The notes: generated by a model not told the origin, from the letters alone. A stretch of 38,022 nucleotides of DNA from a virus (IMGVR_UViG_3300032320_000871:1-38022), one strand, 5' to 3'. Positions 23,375 to 32,678 are shown, counted from the first letter of the stretch. Made by a program: numbers and translations.

Positions 23375-23628
23375 TCTCTATGAAGGTTATCCTTCCAAGA
23401 ACTCAAATGAAGTCTAAGTAGACAGGCTACTTAGTTAATACAGGAAGTTTCTAAGTGAGTTACTCATGTGTCCTATCTTCCTAAGGTGTACACAAGGGTA
23501 ATATAAGTAAGTATATACTTCATTTAGATTCTTGCTTTAATGTTAAATTAGATAGTTACTCTAGAGTACTCACTGTGGAGTGGGTATCCCCTATTATTAC
23601 CTATAGTACATCTCCACTAAGGACAAAG

Positions 23629-24027
23629 ATGGAACAACCAGAAGTACCAGTTAAACGTAAGGCAGGAAGACCCAAGAAAGGCGAGATAGTCGCCAAGAAG
23701 AAGGGTAACAGAGAGCTACGAGGTCGTCCAGCAGGGGACAAAGCTATCATGGATGAGTACAAAGCTAGGATGCTTAACTCACCTAAGAGTGCTAGGGTAC
23801 TAGAAGCTATCTTCGATGCAGCCTTAGATCCTGAACACAAGGCCCAGAGTGCAGCATGGAAACTAATTGTAGACAGGATTGTCCCTGTATCGTCTTTTGA
23901 ACAAGTTAAACAAGGCGGTGGTACTCCTAGCATTGTCATTAATGTGTCTGGTATGTCTTCGCCTGTGGTTGAAGCTGAAGAAGTTAATTACGAGATTGAA
24001 GACGTAGAAGTCAAGGATGTCGAATAA
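23629..24027 (+). CDS. Terminase small subunit (putative)
   Basis: Directly upstream of and coupled to TerL; AT-hook-like GRP motifs; SD AAGGA before ATG 23629. Confidence 0.7.
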   Translation: MEQPEVPVKRKAGRPKKGEIVAKKKGNRELRGRPAGDKAIMDEYKARMLNSPKSARVLEAIFDAALDPEHKAQSAAWKLIVDRIVPVSSFEQVKQGGGTPSIVINVSGMSSPVVEAEEVNYEIEDVEVKDVE

Positions 24028-25286
24028 TGGCTGAACTTAACTTTAAGCTTCTACGTTGGCAGCAGGCCGTCTTCGCTGATAAGCATCGCTTCAAGGTCGT
24101 AGCAGCAGGACGACGATGTGGTAAGTCTAGGCTCTCAGCTGTAACTCTCCTCATTGAGGCTCTAAACTGTCCTGAAGGCTCCGCTGTGATGTACATAGCT
24201 CCTACCCTCGGACAAGCCCGGACGATTATGTGGGACTTGTTGCTAGACCTAGGTAGACCAGTCATCAAGTCATCTCACGTTAATAACTTGGAGATCACCC
24301 TTGTCAACGGAAGAAAGATTCTCGTACGTGGTGCTGATAATCCTGATTCTCTACGGGGTGTATCTCTTACTTACGTAGTACTAGACGAGTGTGCCTTTAT
24401 CAAAGAAGACACATGGCAGAAGATCATTCGAGCTTCTCTGTCTGACAAGAAGGGTAGAGCCTTATTCATCTCCACACCTAGTGGTCGTAACTGGTTCTAT
24501 GACTTGTTCAACCTCGGTCAGGAAGAGACTGACGAAGAGTGGCGAAGCTGGCACTACACGACCAAGGACAACGAGACTATCGATCCTAAGGAGATTGAAG
24601 CTGCTGAGAGGACTCTAAGCTCCTTCGCCTTCAAGCAAGAATACTTGTCTTCTTTCGATACGGCTGGTAGTGATCTATTTAAAGAAGAATGGTTAAAGTA
24701 CAAGGAAGAACCTCAGTACGGTGACTACGTTATCGCTATCGACTTAGCTGGCTTCGAGGATGTCGCTAAGAACGCTGGAGCCTCTAAGAAGCGTCTAGAT
24801 GAATCAGCTATTACCGTCTGCAAGATACTAGACAATGGTGACTGGTGGGTCAAGAAGATTATCCACGGACGTTGGGACATCAGGGAGACTGCCTCCAAGA
24901 TCCTCCTAGCCGTTAAGGAATACCAACCTGTCGCTGTGGGTATCGAGCGAGGAGCCTTGAAGAATGCTGTGATGCACTACCTTCAAGACTTGATGAGGAA
25001 GAACAATGTGTATACGCACATCCATGACCTCACTCACGGTAACAAGAAGAAGACTGATAGGGTCGTATGGGCCTTACAGGGTCGTTTCGAGCATGGACGT
25101 ATCTCCTTGAACGTCGATGAGGATTGGAAGCAATTTGAGGATCAGTTCATTATGTTCCCCGCCACAGGGGTTCACGATGACTTGATTGACTCCTTGTCTT
25201 ACGTTGATCAACTGGCTATGAGTAACTACCAGCAAGACTACGAAGAAGACGATCACGAAGTTTTAGATGTTATTTCAGGATACTAA
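24027..25286 (+). CDS. Terminase large subunit
   Basis: AAGRRCGKS Walker A, SLRG, VVLDE Walker B, ISTP motif III, AIDLAG and HDDLIDSL nuclease motifs. Confidence 0.95.
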   Translation: MAELNFKLLRWQQAVFADKHRFKVVAAGRRCGKSRLSAVTLLIEALNCPEGSAVMYIAPTLGQARTIMWDLLLDLGRPVIKSSHVNNLEITLVNGRKILVRGADNPDSLRGVSLTYVVLDECAFIKEDTWQKIIRASLSDKKGRALFISTPSGRNWFYDLFNLGQEETDEEWRSWHYTTKDNETIDPKEIEAAERTLSSFAFKQEYLSSFDTAGSDLFKEEWLKYKEEPQYGDYVIAIDLAGFEDVAKNAGASKKRLDESAITVCKILDNGDWWVKKIIHGRWDIRETASKILLAVKEYQPVAVGIERGALKNAVMHYLQDLMRKNNVYTHIHDLTHGNKKKTDRVVWALQGRFEHGRISLNVDEDWKQFEDQFIMFPATGVHDDLIDSLSYVDQLAMSNYQQDYEEDDHEVLDVISGY

Positions 25287-25289
25287 ACT

Positions 25290-25457
25290 ATGAACAAACC
25301 CGGACTCTACGCTAACATCAACGCTAAACGTAAGCGCATCAAAGCTGGCTCAGGTGAGACCATGCGTAAGGTAGGCAGCAAAGGCGCTCCTACAGCGATG
25401 GACTTCAAGGAATCAGCTAAGACTGCTAAGAAACCAAAGAAGGTTAAAGCAAAATGA
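25290..25457 (+). CDS. Conserved small basic phage protein (55 aa); not in ORF track
   Basis: MNKPGLYANINAKRKRIKAGSGETMRKVGSKGAPT...; ATGA-coupled to the next gene. Confidence 0.8.
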   Translation: MNKPGLYANINAKRKRIKAGSGETMRKVGSKGAPTAMDFKESAKTAKKPKKVKAK

Positions 25458-25708
25458 CTATCAAACGAGGAAACGAAGAGTTCGCAGGTTACAACAAGCC
25501 TAAGAGGACTCCCGGTCATGCCACTAAGAGTCACGCTGTCTTAGCCAAAGAAGGCGATGAGATCAAGTTGATCCGCTTCGGTCAGCAAGGCGTAGAAGGT
25601 AGTCCTGATGGTTCAGCTCGTAACAAATCCTTCAAAGACCGTCACGCTAAGAACATCGCTAAAGGTAAGATGTCAGCTGCGTACTGGGCTAATCGAGTGA
25701 AGTGGTGA
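25454..25708 (+). CDS. Conserved small basic phage protein
   Basis: KPKRTPGH.TKSH.V, IRFGQQG, SFKDRH and SAAYWANRVKW motifs. Confidence 0.8.
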   Translation: MTIKRGNEEFAGYNKPKRTPGHATKSHAVLAKEGDEIKLIRFGQQGVEGSPDGSARNKSFKDRHAKNIAKGKMSAAYWANRVKW

Positions 25709-25716
25709 AATAATTG

Positions 25717-25745
25717 TTGACAAAAGTACTCGTTTGTGGTACATT
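25717..25745 (+). promoter_or_regulatory. sigma70 promoter upstream of HNH/portal
   Basis: TTGACA-N17-TACATT with extended -10 TG. Confidence 0.7.
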
Positions 25746-25754
25746 CTTTCACTT

Positions 25755-26258
25755 ATGAAAACCTGTAGTAAATGTAAGACATCCAAGCCTTTGTTTGATT
25801 TTGGTAAACACAAGTCAAATAAAGATGGGTTGCAATACCAGTGTAAGACTTGTAGGGTTCACACTTGTTCTGTTTCTTACAAGAAAGCAAGTCCTGAGCG
25901 TATTGAAAAGAAGAATAAGATTACGCAACAATGGCGTGAAGAGAATAAAGAATACAACAAAGAGTACGCTAAGGCTTACGCAAAACGGAACCGAGCAAAA
26001 AGAACAAGTTTAGAACGTAAGCGACAAGCTTCTAAATTGAACCGTACTCCTGCATGGTTGACTGAGTTTGACAAGTTAAAGATTGAGTGCCTATATCAAG
26101 TAGCTGCTATGCGTACACGAGAAAGCGGCTATGCGTGGCACGTAGACCACATTATTCCACTACAAGGTAAGACAGTGAGCGGATTGCATGTCCCTAGTAA
26201 TTTACGGGTAATCTCCGCTACTGACAATTTAAGAAAGAATAACCTTTATGTCATCTGA
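25755..26258 (+). CDS. HNH homing-type endonuclease with N-terminal zinc finger
   Basis: CSKC...CKTC; WHVDHIIPLQG..VSGLHVPSNLRVI...NLRKNN. Confidence 0.9.
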   Translation: MKTCSKCKTSKPLFDFGKHKSNKDGLQYQCKTCRVHTCSVSYKKASPERIEKKNKITQQWREENKEYNKEYAKAYAKRNRAKRTSLERKRQASKLNRTPAWLTEFDKLKIECLYQVAAMRTRESGYAWHVDHIIPLQGKTVSGLHVPSNLRVISATDNLRKNNLYVI

Positions 26259-28299
26259 GATGGAAAACGAAAAAGAAGTACAATTCGAGGAGCCTAGCGA
26301 AAACGATAAGGAACTCGTTTCGTGGATTATGGATCACGTCGAAAGATGGCGTGATTGGCGTGATTCCAACTACATCGATGCTTACGAAGAGTACGAGCGT
26401 ATCTTCCGTGGTCAATGGCAAGCTAGTGACTCCACCCGTGAGTCAGAGCGTTCACGTATCATCTCCCCTGCCACTCAGCAAGCTGTTGAGACATCCCATG
26501 CTGAGATCATGGAAGCTGTGTTCGGTCAAGGTGAGTTCTTCGACATTGAAGATGACGTTAAGGACATCAACGGTCAGCCTATCGACGTAGGTATGTTGAA
26601 AGCCATGATGATGGAAGACTTCAACAAAGACAAGATCCGTAAGAGTATCGACCAGATTGGCTTGATGGCTAAGATCTACGGTACAGGTATCGGTGAGTTG
26701 GTCGTGAAGACTGTTAAGGAGTATATCCCAACTACTCAGGCTATCCCCGGTGTGATGGGTCAAGCAGCCATTGGAGTCGTTGAGAAGGATCGTATCTCCG
26801 TCTCCTTGAACCCTATCAACCCTAAGAACTTCTTGTTTGACCCTAACGGTACATCGGTGGATGACTGTATGGGTGTAGCTATTGAGAAGCCTGTGAGCTT
26901 ACATAAGATCGTAGCAGGTATGGAGTCAGGTATCTATCGCAAGGTAGACATCTCCCCTTACATGGACGATGACTCTCTAGAGGCTACTCAGGAACTACGT
27001 CAGTTCCAAGACGGTAAAGCTACAATGCTCACGTACTACGGCTTAGTGCCTCGTGAGTACTTAATGCAGCTTGAAGGTGACGGTAAGGAAGTTGTAGATC
27101 TCTTCCCTGAAGACTCAGCAGCTGATGACTACTCCGACCTAGTAGAGGCTATCATCGTTATCGGTAACGGTTCCTTGCTCCTGAAGGCTGAAGAGAATCC
27201 TTACATGATGAAGGATCGTCCTATCATGACGTATCAAGACGATACAGTACCTAACCGTCTGTTGGGTCGCGGTGTCGTTGAGAAGGCTTACAACATGCAG
27301 AAGGCCATCGATGCTCAGTATCGTGCCTACCTAGACTCATTGGCGTTGACTACATCGCCCATGATCGCTATGGATGCTACTCGCTTGCCTCGTGGCGCTA
27401 AGTTTGAAGTTAAGCCCGGTAAAGCTCTCCTGACTAACGGTAATCCCTCTGAGATTATGATGCCGTTCAAGTTCGGTAGCACCGATGGTAATGCTCCGGC
27501 GGCAGCTCAGAACTTCGAGCGTATGCTCCTCCAAGCTACTGGTACGATGGACACCAATGGCATGATCTCCCAAGTCTCCCGTGATGCCTCCCAAGGCGGT
27601 ATCTCGATGGCTGTGGCTTCGTTGATCAAGAAGAACAAGCGTACCTTGACGAACTTCCAAGAGGACTTCCTGTCTCCTTTCATCAAGAAGGCAGCTTTCC
27701 GCTTCATGCAGTTCGATCCTGAGCGTTACCCTTCAGCTGATTTGAACTTCGTACCTACAGCTACTCTGGGTATCATGGCTCGTGAGTACGAACAATCTCA
27801 GTTCATCGCTCTCTTGCAGACCTTAGGCCCTAACACTCCAGTGTTGCCTCTGATCTTGAAGGGTGTTATCGCTAACTCTTCACTGTCTAACCGCGCTGAG
27901 ATGATTGCAGCTCTCGATCAGATGGCTCAACCTGACCCTCAAGCACAAGAGATGCAGCAAATGCAGCAGCAACTAGCTATCCAAGCTGCTCAGGCTCAGA
28001 TTGCCGTTAACACTACTCAAGCTAAACGCAACGAAGCTGAGGCTATGAACACGATGGTGGAGACTCAGTTGAAGCCTAAGGAAGTTGAAGCTAAGATTAT
28101 TGCTTCTACGACACAAAATCTTCCAAATAATGATGCTTTAGCTTCACAAGAGTTCGATAGACGTGTTAAAATTGCTGACTTGATGCTCAAAGAGAAGGAT
28201 ATTGAGAATAAATTGAAGGTTGTTGAGATGCAAACTGCTTCTAAGAGTCTGCAAAAGCAAACTGACAGTGACTTCTTGAAGAAAATTATCGGTGAGTGA
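26248..28299 (+). CDS. Portal protein
   Basis: 683 aa after the terminase; YGTGI, GRGVVEK motifs and a Q-rich C-terminal barrel-like coiled coil as in P22-type portals. Confidence 0.88.
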   Translation: MSSEMENEKEVQFEEPSENDKELVSWIMDHVERWRDWRDSNYIDAYEEYERIFRGQWQASDSTRESERSRIISPATQQAVETSHAEIMEAVFGQGEFFDIEDDVKDINGQPIDVGMLKAMMMEDFNKDKIRKSIDQIGLMAKIYGTGIGELVVKTVKEYIPTTQAIPGVMGQAAIGVVEKDRISVSLNPINPKNFLFDPNGTSVDDCMGVAIEKPVSLHKIVAGMESGIYRKVDISPYMDDDSLEATQELRQFQDGKATMLTYYGLVPREYLMQLEGDGKEVVDLFPEDSAADDYSDLVEAIIVIGNGSLLLKAEENPYMMKDRPIMTYQDDTVPNRLLGRGVVEKAYNMQKAIDAQYRAYLDSLALTTSPMIAMDATRLPRGAKFEVKPGKALLTNGNPSEIMMPFKFGSTDGNAPAAAQNFERMLLQATGTMDTNGMISQVSRDASQGGISMAVASLIKKNKRTLTNFQEDFLSPFIKKAAFRFMQFDPERYPSADLNFVPTATLGIMAREYEQSQFIALLQTLGPNTPVLPLILKGVIANSSLSNRAEMIAALDQMAQPDPQAQEMQQMQQQLAIQAAQAQIAVNTTQAKRNEAEAMNTMVETQLKPKEVEAKIIASTTQNLPNNDALASQEFDRRVKIADLMLKEKDIENKLKVVEMQTASKSLQKQTDSDFLKKIIGE

Positions 28300-28777
28300 T
28301 GTGAAACTTAAAGAAGTTATCCTCTCCGATGTATCTACGGAAGCTAAAGTAGCTGCTATAGCTATCCTTTTAGATAAGGAGCTTCCTAAACTCTCTGAGC
28401 ACGTTAACGAAGTTGAGAAACTCCAAGGCCCTCAAGGTATCCAAGGTCTTAAAGGTGATAACGGAGCTGATGGCAAGGATGGGATTGACGGAAAAGACGG
28501 TAAAGATGGTCTTAATGGCAAGGATGGCGTAGACGGTAAAGACGGTGACAACGGTGTATCGGTTGTTGAAGCTAAGATTGACTTCGATGACTCCCTTGTC
28601 TTGACTTTATCTGATGGAAAAGAGTTAAACGTGGGTGAAGTACGTGGTGAGAAGGGTGATAGAGGCCCTCCCGGTATTTCGCAAACGAATATCTATGGTG
28701 GTTCAGAGAACCTCGATGGTGGTTTTTACAATTCTAATTACGGCGGTGTTCCTGTCGTAGACGGAGGAAGTCCTTAA
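28292..28777 (+). CDS. Collagen-like (GXY repeat) virion protein
   Basis: GPQGIQGLKGDNGADGKDGIDGKDGKDG... Confidence 0.8.
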   Translation: MSDVKLKEVILSDVSTEAKVAAIAILLDKELPKLSEHVNEVEKLQGPQGIQGLKGDNGADGKDGIDGKDGKDGLNGKDGVDGKDGDNGVSVVEAKIDFDDSLVLTLSDGKELNVGEVRGEKGDRGPPGISQTNIYGGSENLDGGFYNSNYGGVPVVDGGSP

Positions 28778-30082
28778 ATGGCAGTACAATTACAACTTAG
28801 ACGGGGTTCCGCTTCTCAGTGGACTGCGGCTAATACTTTGTTAGCTCAAGGTGAACTCGGTCTTGAAACTGACACAGGCAAGCTTAAAATTGGCGATGGT
28901 AGTACTGTTTGGACAAGTTTATCGTACTATACCGCTGGATCTGCTGCTGTTACTTCAGTTAATGGCTACACTGGTGTTGTTGTCTTAACAGCTAGTGATA
29001 TTTCAGGCTTAGGTACTATTGCCACTCAAGCAGCCAACAACGTCACAATTACTGGTGGCTCAATTACAGGTATTACCGATTTAGCAGTAGCTGATGGTGG
29101 TACAGGAGCTTCTACGGCCTCCGGTGCTCGTACTAACTTAGGCTTGGTAATCGGTACAGACGTATTGGCTCCTAACGGTAGCGCAGCCTCTCTCACAAGT
29201 TTTCCTACGCTCAACCAAAACACAACAGGCACAGCGTCCAACGTAACAGGTACTGTCGCTGTCGCAAACGGTGGTACTGGTGCAACTACAGCTGCAGGTG
29301 CTCTGAGTAACTTAGGCGCTTACGCAGCGTCGAATCCTTCAGGGTATACATCGAATACAGGTACTGTTACTTCTGTAGCTGCTTTAACACTTGGAACAAC
29401 AGGTACTGACGTATCTTCCACTGTAGCTAACGGTACTACAACCCCTGTCATTACGCTAAATATTCCTACAGCTTCAGCGACTAACCGAGGCGTATTAAGC
29501 GCAGCAGATTGGACTACATTTAATAGTAAAGGTTCAGGTACGGTCACATCTGTAGGCATGACAACTCCAACGGGCTTGACGGTTACAGGTTCTCCTGTGA
29601 CTACATCAGGTACTTTAGCGTTGTCAATGACTGCTGGTTACGCGATTCCTACGACAGCTAGTCAAGCTAATTGGGATACAGCTTACGGATGGGGTAATCA
29701 CGCTTCCGCTGGTTATGTAGTCTCAGGTGGTGCGCTAGGTACTCCTTCTAGCGGTACGTTAACTAACTGTACTTTCCCTACGTTAAACCAGAACACTACA
29801 GGCACTGCCTCAAACGTAACAGGCACTGTGGCTATCGCTAATGGCGGTACAGGACAAACAACAGCATCTGCTGCCTTTAACGCTCTATCCCCTGTTACTT
29901 CAACTGGTGACTTGATTGTAGGCAATGGTACTAATAGTTCAACACGTTTAGGTATCGGCACTAACGGATATGTGTTAACATCTAATGGCACAACAGCTAC
30001 ATGGGCTGCTGCATCTGGTGGCGGCGGCGGTGGTTCATCACCTATCCCTAAACTTCAATCTTGGTCAATCGGAGGCTTTTAA
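28778..30082 (+). CDS. Fibre protein with Mtd-N/hyaluronidase-type N-terminal domain
   Basis: QLRRG...W...N..LAQGELGLETDTGKLKIGDG; T/G/S-rich shaft with ANGGTG repeats. Confidence 0.75.
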   Translation: MAVQLQLRRGSASQWTAANTLLAQGELGLETDTGKLKIGDGSTVWTSLSYYTAGSAAVTSVNGYTGVVVLTASDISGLGTIATQAANNVTITGGSITGITDLAVADGGTGASTASGARTNLGLVIGTDVLAPNGSAASLTSFPTLNQNTTGTASNVTGTVAVANGGTGATTAAGALSNLGAYAASNPSGYTSNTGTVTSVAALTLGTTGTDVSSTVANGTTTPVITLNIPTASATNRGVLSAADWTTFNSKGSGTVTSVGMTTPTGLTVTGSPVTTSGTLALSMTAGYAIPTTASQANWDTAYGWGNHASAGYVVSGGALGTPSSGTLTNCTFPTLNQNTTGTASNVTGTVAIANGGTGQTTASAAFNALSPVTSTGDLIVGNGTNSSTRLGIGTNGYVLTSNGTTATWAAASGGGGGGSSPIPKLQSWSIGGF

Positions 30083-30526
30083 ATGGCACAAAACACAAAC
30101 CCTATTTTTCCGTTAGTTCCTGCTATTACTTGGGTAAGCGGCACTGGCGCAACTGCGGGAACTCCCGGCCTAGCTGCTAACACAACGACTGATCTAACAT
30201 CAGGCACGATCTACGGCCCTATTGAAACAGCAGGTGCGGTGGAAGGCTCACGCCTTGACTTTATCAAAGTTCGCGCATTAGGCACAAACGTGGCAACTGT
30301 TATCCGCATTTGGATTAACAACGGTTCTGCTACTGGTACAGCGGCTAACAATACGTTGTATCTTGAGCGCACTTTGTCAGCTACAACAGTATCTCAAACT
30401 GCTGAACAGCCAGACATTATTTTACCTTTGAACATTAGCCTACCTGCTGGCTACAAAGTTTATGCCACGTTTGGTACTGCTGTAGCGGCAGGATTCCACT
30501 TAACCGCTGTTGGTGGAGATTATTAA
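30083..30526 (+). CDS. Virion/fibre-associated beta-sandwich protein (putative)
   Basis: 147 aa, T/A/G-rich, in the fibre cluster; SD GGAGG. Confidence 0.6.
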   Translation: MAQNTNPIFPLVPAITWVSGTGATAGTPGLAANTTTDLTSGTIYGPIETAGAVEGSRLDFIKVRALGTNVATVIRIWINNGSATGTAANNTLYLERTLSATTVSQTAEQPDIILPLNISLPAGYKVYATFGTAVAAGFHLTAVGGDY

Positions 30527-31722
30527 TGTTTACGGGTTTTGCATCCGAAAACACACCTGCAATACAGGTATGGGATTTTTTTAATAATTCTGCAACTTTT
30601 AATTCTGTTCCAACTGCATCGCTTGCTGATGATTGCGCCCCAATTCAATTATTTAGAACAGGTAGCACAACAACTGGAATAAATGTTTTTTTACCTACAT
30701 CGCCCATTGAAGGTAAAACTATTAGAATTATTAACACTCAATACTCATCTTCTCGTCAAATTATAAGATTACTTTCCTCTGAAAATTCTGGAGATGGCGC
30801 AAACCCTCTTACTCCAGTTTATTCAATAGGGGCAGGTCAAGTATTAGATTTAACTTATACAAAAAATGCAATTTCTTACGGCCCACAGCTTGGACAAAGA
30901 CAAAGTGGATGGGTTTCTACAAATATGTCCCCCGCTTCAGCAGGAAATTCTTGGTCAATTGTTGCAGGTGGAAGAAATAATCATGCTTCATCTTCTTTTT
31001 GTGGTGTTTTTTCGGGTGACGCAAATATAGCAACTAGTCAATATTCTTTTGTCGGTGGCGGTTCAAGCAATGCCGCAGGACAAAGTTATACATGTATTGT
31101 TGGTGGATCAGGTAATACGGCAAGCGGCCCATTTTCATTTGTTGGTGCTGGTGAAGGTGTTACCGCATCTGGCTCATACTCAACAGTGTTAAGCGGTCAA
31201 TACCACACGGCTAACGGTGAATACAGTGTTATTGTTGGAGGCTCACGGGGTCTAACTCGATCTATAACAGGAAATGTTGTTTTACCTGCTTCTAATGCTC
31301 CTGTTTCATCCACAAACGGGTCACAACAATCAGCCCTACTTGTTTTAGGTACGCAAACAACAGATGCAACTGCGACAGTTTTACGAAGCAACTCATCTGC
31401 TGCAACAACAACCAACCAAGTAATTCTACCCAACAACTCTGCTTACTTTTTCCGTGGTGAAGTCATAGCAGGTGTTACAGGCGCAGGAAACACAAAAGGC
31501 TGGACAGTTGAAGGTGTCATTAAACGTGGCGCTGGTGTTGGAACTACAACACTTGTTGGGTCTACAGTTACATCTCTGTATGCTGACGCTGGAGCAGCTA
31601 CTTGGACTATTGCAGTTACAGCAGACACAACCAACGGCGGCTTAAAAGTTGAAGTGACAGGACAGGCTGCAACGACAATTAGGTGGGTTGCACAGATTCG
31701 TACAACCGAAATGACATTCTAA
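30526..31722 (+). CDS. Fibre/adhesin-like protein with ~15-aa beta-roll repeats
   Basis: S-x-V-x-GG-x-x-N-x-A repeats (YadA-head-like) and a beta-rich C-terminal domain. Confidence 0.65.
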   Translation: MFTGFASENTPAIQVWDFFNNSATFNSVPTASLADDCAPIQLFRTGSTTTGINVFLPTSPIEGKTIRIINTQYSSSRQIIRLLSSENSGDGANPLTPVYSIGAGQVLDLTYTKNAISYGPQLGQRQSGWVSTNMSPASAGNSWSIVAGGRNNHASSSFCGVFSGDANIATSQYSFVGGGSSNAAGQSYTCIVGGSGNTASGPFSFVGAGEGVTASGSYSTVLSGQYHTANGEYSVIVGGSRGLTRSITGNVVLPASNAPVSSTNGSQQSALLVLGTQTTDATATVLRSNSSAATTTNQVILPNNSAYFFRGEVIAGVTGAGNTKGWTVEGVIKRGAGVGTTTLVGSTVTSLYADAGAATWTIAVTADTTNGGLKVEVTGQAATTIRWVAQIRTTEMTF

Positions 31723-31732
31723 GGACACATAT

Positions 31733-31996
31733 ATGGCTCTCAAAATCTCAATCACAAACAGCAATGTCGGCGTACCTTTCGCAGAAGCATACGCTCGTAT
31801 CACCAACATTCACGGCAACAAAGACCAAGTGCAATACCAAGTGTCTGTGTCTGCCAATGCTGATGCTAGACAGGCAAACGCACAGGAAGTGGCACAACAC
31901 GCCTTCTATTGCGCTACGCCTACAGGTAACTTGATGGATGGCTTGTATGCTGACCTGAAGCAGCAAGTTGGCTTTGAGAACGCACAAGACTGCTAA
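31733..31996 (+). CDS. Hypothetical protein (possible fibre chaperone)
   Basis: 87 aa; SD AAGGA; last gene of the fibre cluster. Confidence 0.7.
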   Translation: MALKISITNSNVGVPFAEAYARITNIHGNKDQVQYQVSVSANADARQANAQEVAQHAFYCATPTGNLMDGLYADLKQQVGFENAQDC

Positions 31997-32043
31997 ATAA
32001 TTAAAATATTTACTACAAAGTACTTGATTTTGTAAAAAATCTA

Positions 32044-32072
32044 TTGACAAAGAGTACTTTTTAGTATACATT
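32044..32072 (+). promoter_or_regulatory. sigma70 promoter for the head operon
   Basis: TTGACA-N17-TACATT in an AT-rich intergenic gap. Confidence 0.75.
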
Positions 32073-32104
32073 ACGTACTTATTAACTAATAGGACTCCTT
32101 ACAT

Positions 32105-32362
32105 ATGGAACAATCCTCAAGTACACAAGATTTATCGAAATTCTACGATGATGCCTTCGACATGATGTCCACTCAAGGGTGGAAAGATCTCATGGAAGAC
32201 ATCCTCAAAGTAAAGAATAGCTACGACAAACTATCTTCTGTCACGGAAACACACAATCTAGACTTTCGTCGTGGACAGATGGATATTTTGAACTGGTTAT
32301 ATGGCTTGAAGGAAGCCTACAGCCGTACTTATAAAGATTTACAAGAGACTGGTGAGGTATAA
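32105..32362 (+). CDS. Conserved hypothetical head-region protein
   Basis: MMSTQGWKDL...FRRGQMDIL pattern, common between portal and scaffold. Confidence 0.75.
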   Translation: MEQSSSTQDLSKFYDDAFDMMSTQGWKDLMEDILKVKNSYDKLSSVTETHNLDFRRGQMDILNWLYGLKEAYSRTYKDLQETGEV

Positions 32363-32364
32363 CA

Positions 32365-32598
32365 ATGCCTCGTCGTATCTTTGAATTCTTATGTGAGAAC
32401 GGTCATCGCACTGATGCTTTTGTAGACACAGAGTGCCACGCAACTCCCTGTAGGGAATGTGGTTCTGATTCTAAGAGAGTAATTAGCGCACCTACCATGA
32501 AGTTAGAAGGCTGGACAGGCTCTTTTCCGACAGCTTATGACTCATGGGAACGCAAGCGATCTGAAAAGCTCGCCCAAGAAAGGAAGCAGAACTCATAA
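32365..32598 (+). CDS. FmdB-like zinc-ribbon protein
   Basis: FEFLCENGH...CRECG....RVISAP. Confidence 0.75.
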   Translation: MPRRIFEFLCENGHRTDAFVDTECHATPCRECGSDSKRVISAPTMKLEGWTGSFPTAYDSWERKRSEKLAQERKQNS

Positions 32599-32678
32599 GT
32601 AGCAATACCGGGTTCGTATTTTAAATAGACTCCTAGAACCATACACTTTATACGTGTGGCAGGAAAAGGAATTAGTAT

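Noticed and set aside
22640-23620. tRNA or other known structured RNA gene
   Set aside because: No cloverleaf or T-loop/D-loop signatures seen by eye; a covariance search would be needed to exclude fully
25717-26258. Group I intron carrying the HNH gene
   Set aside because: Flanking genes are complete and there is no room for an intron core
28778-31722. Diversity-generating retroelement suggested by the Mtd-like N-terminus
   Set aside because: No reverse transcriptase and no repeat pair differing only at adenines was seen
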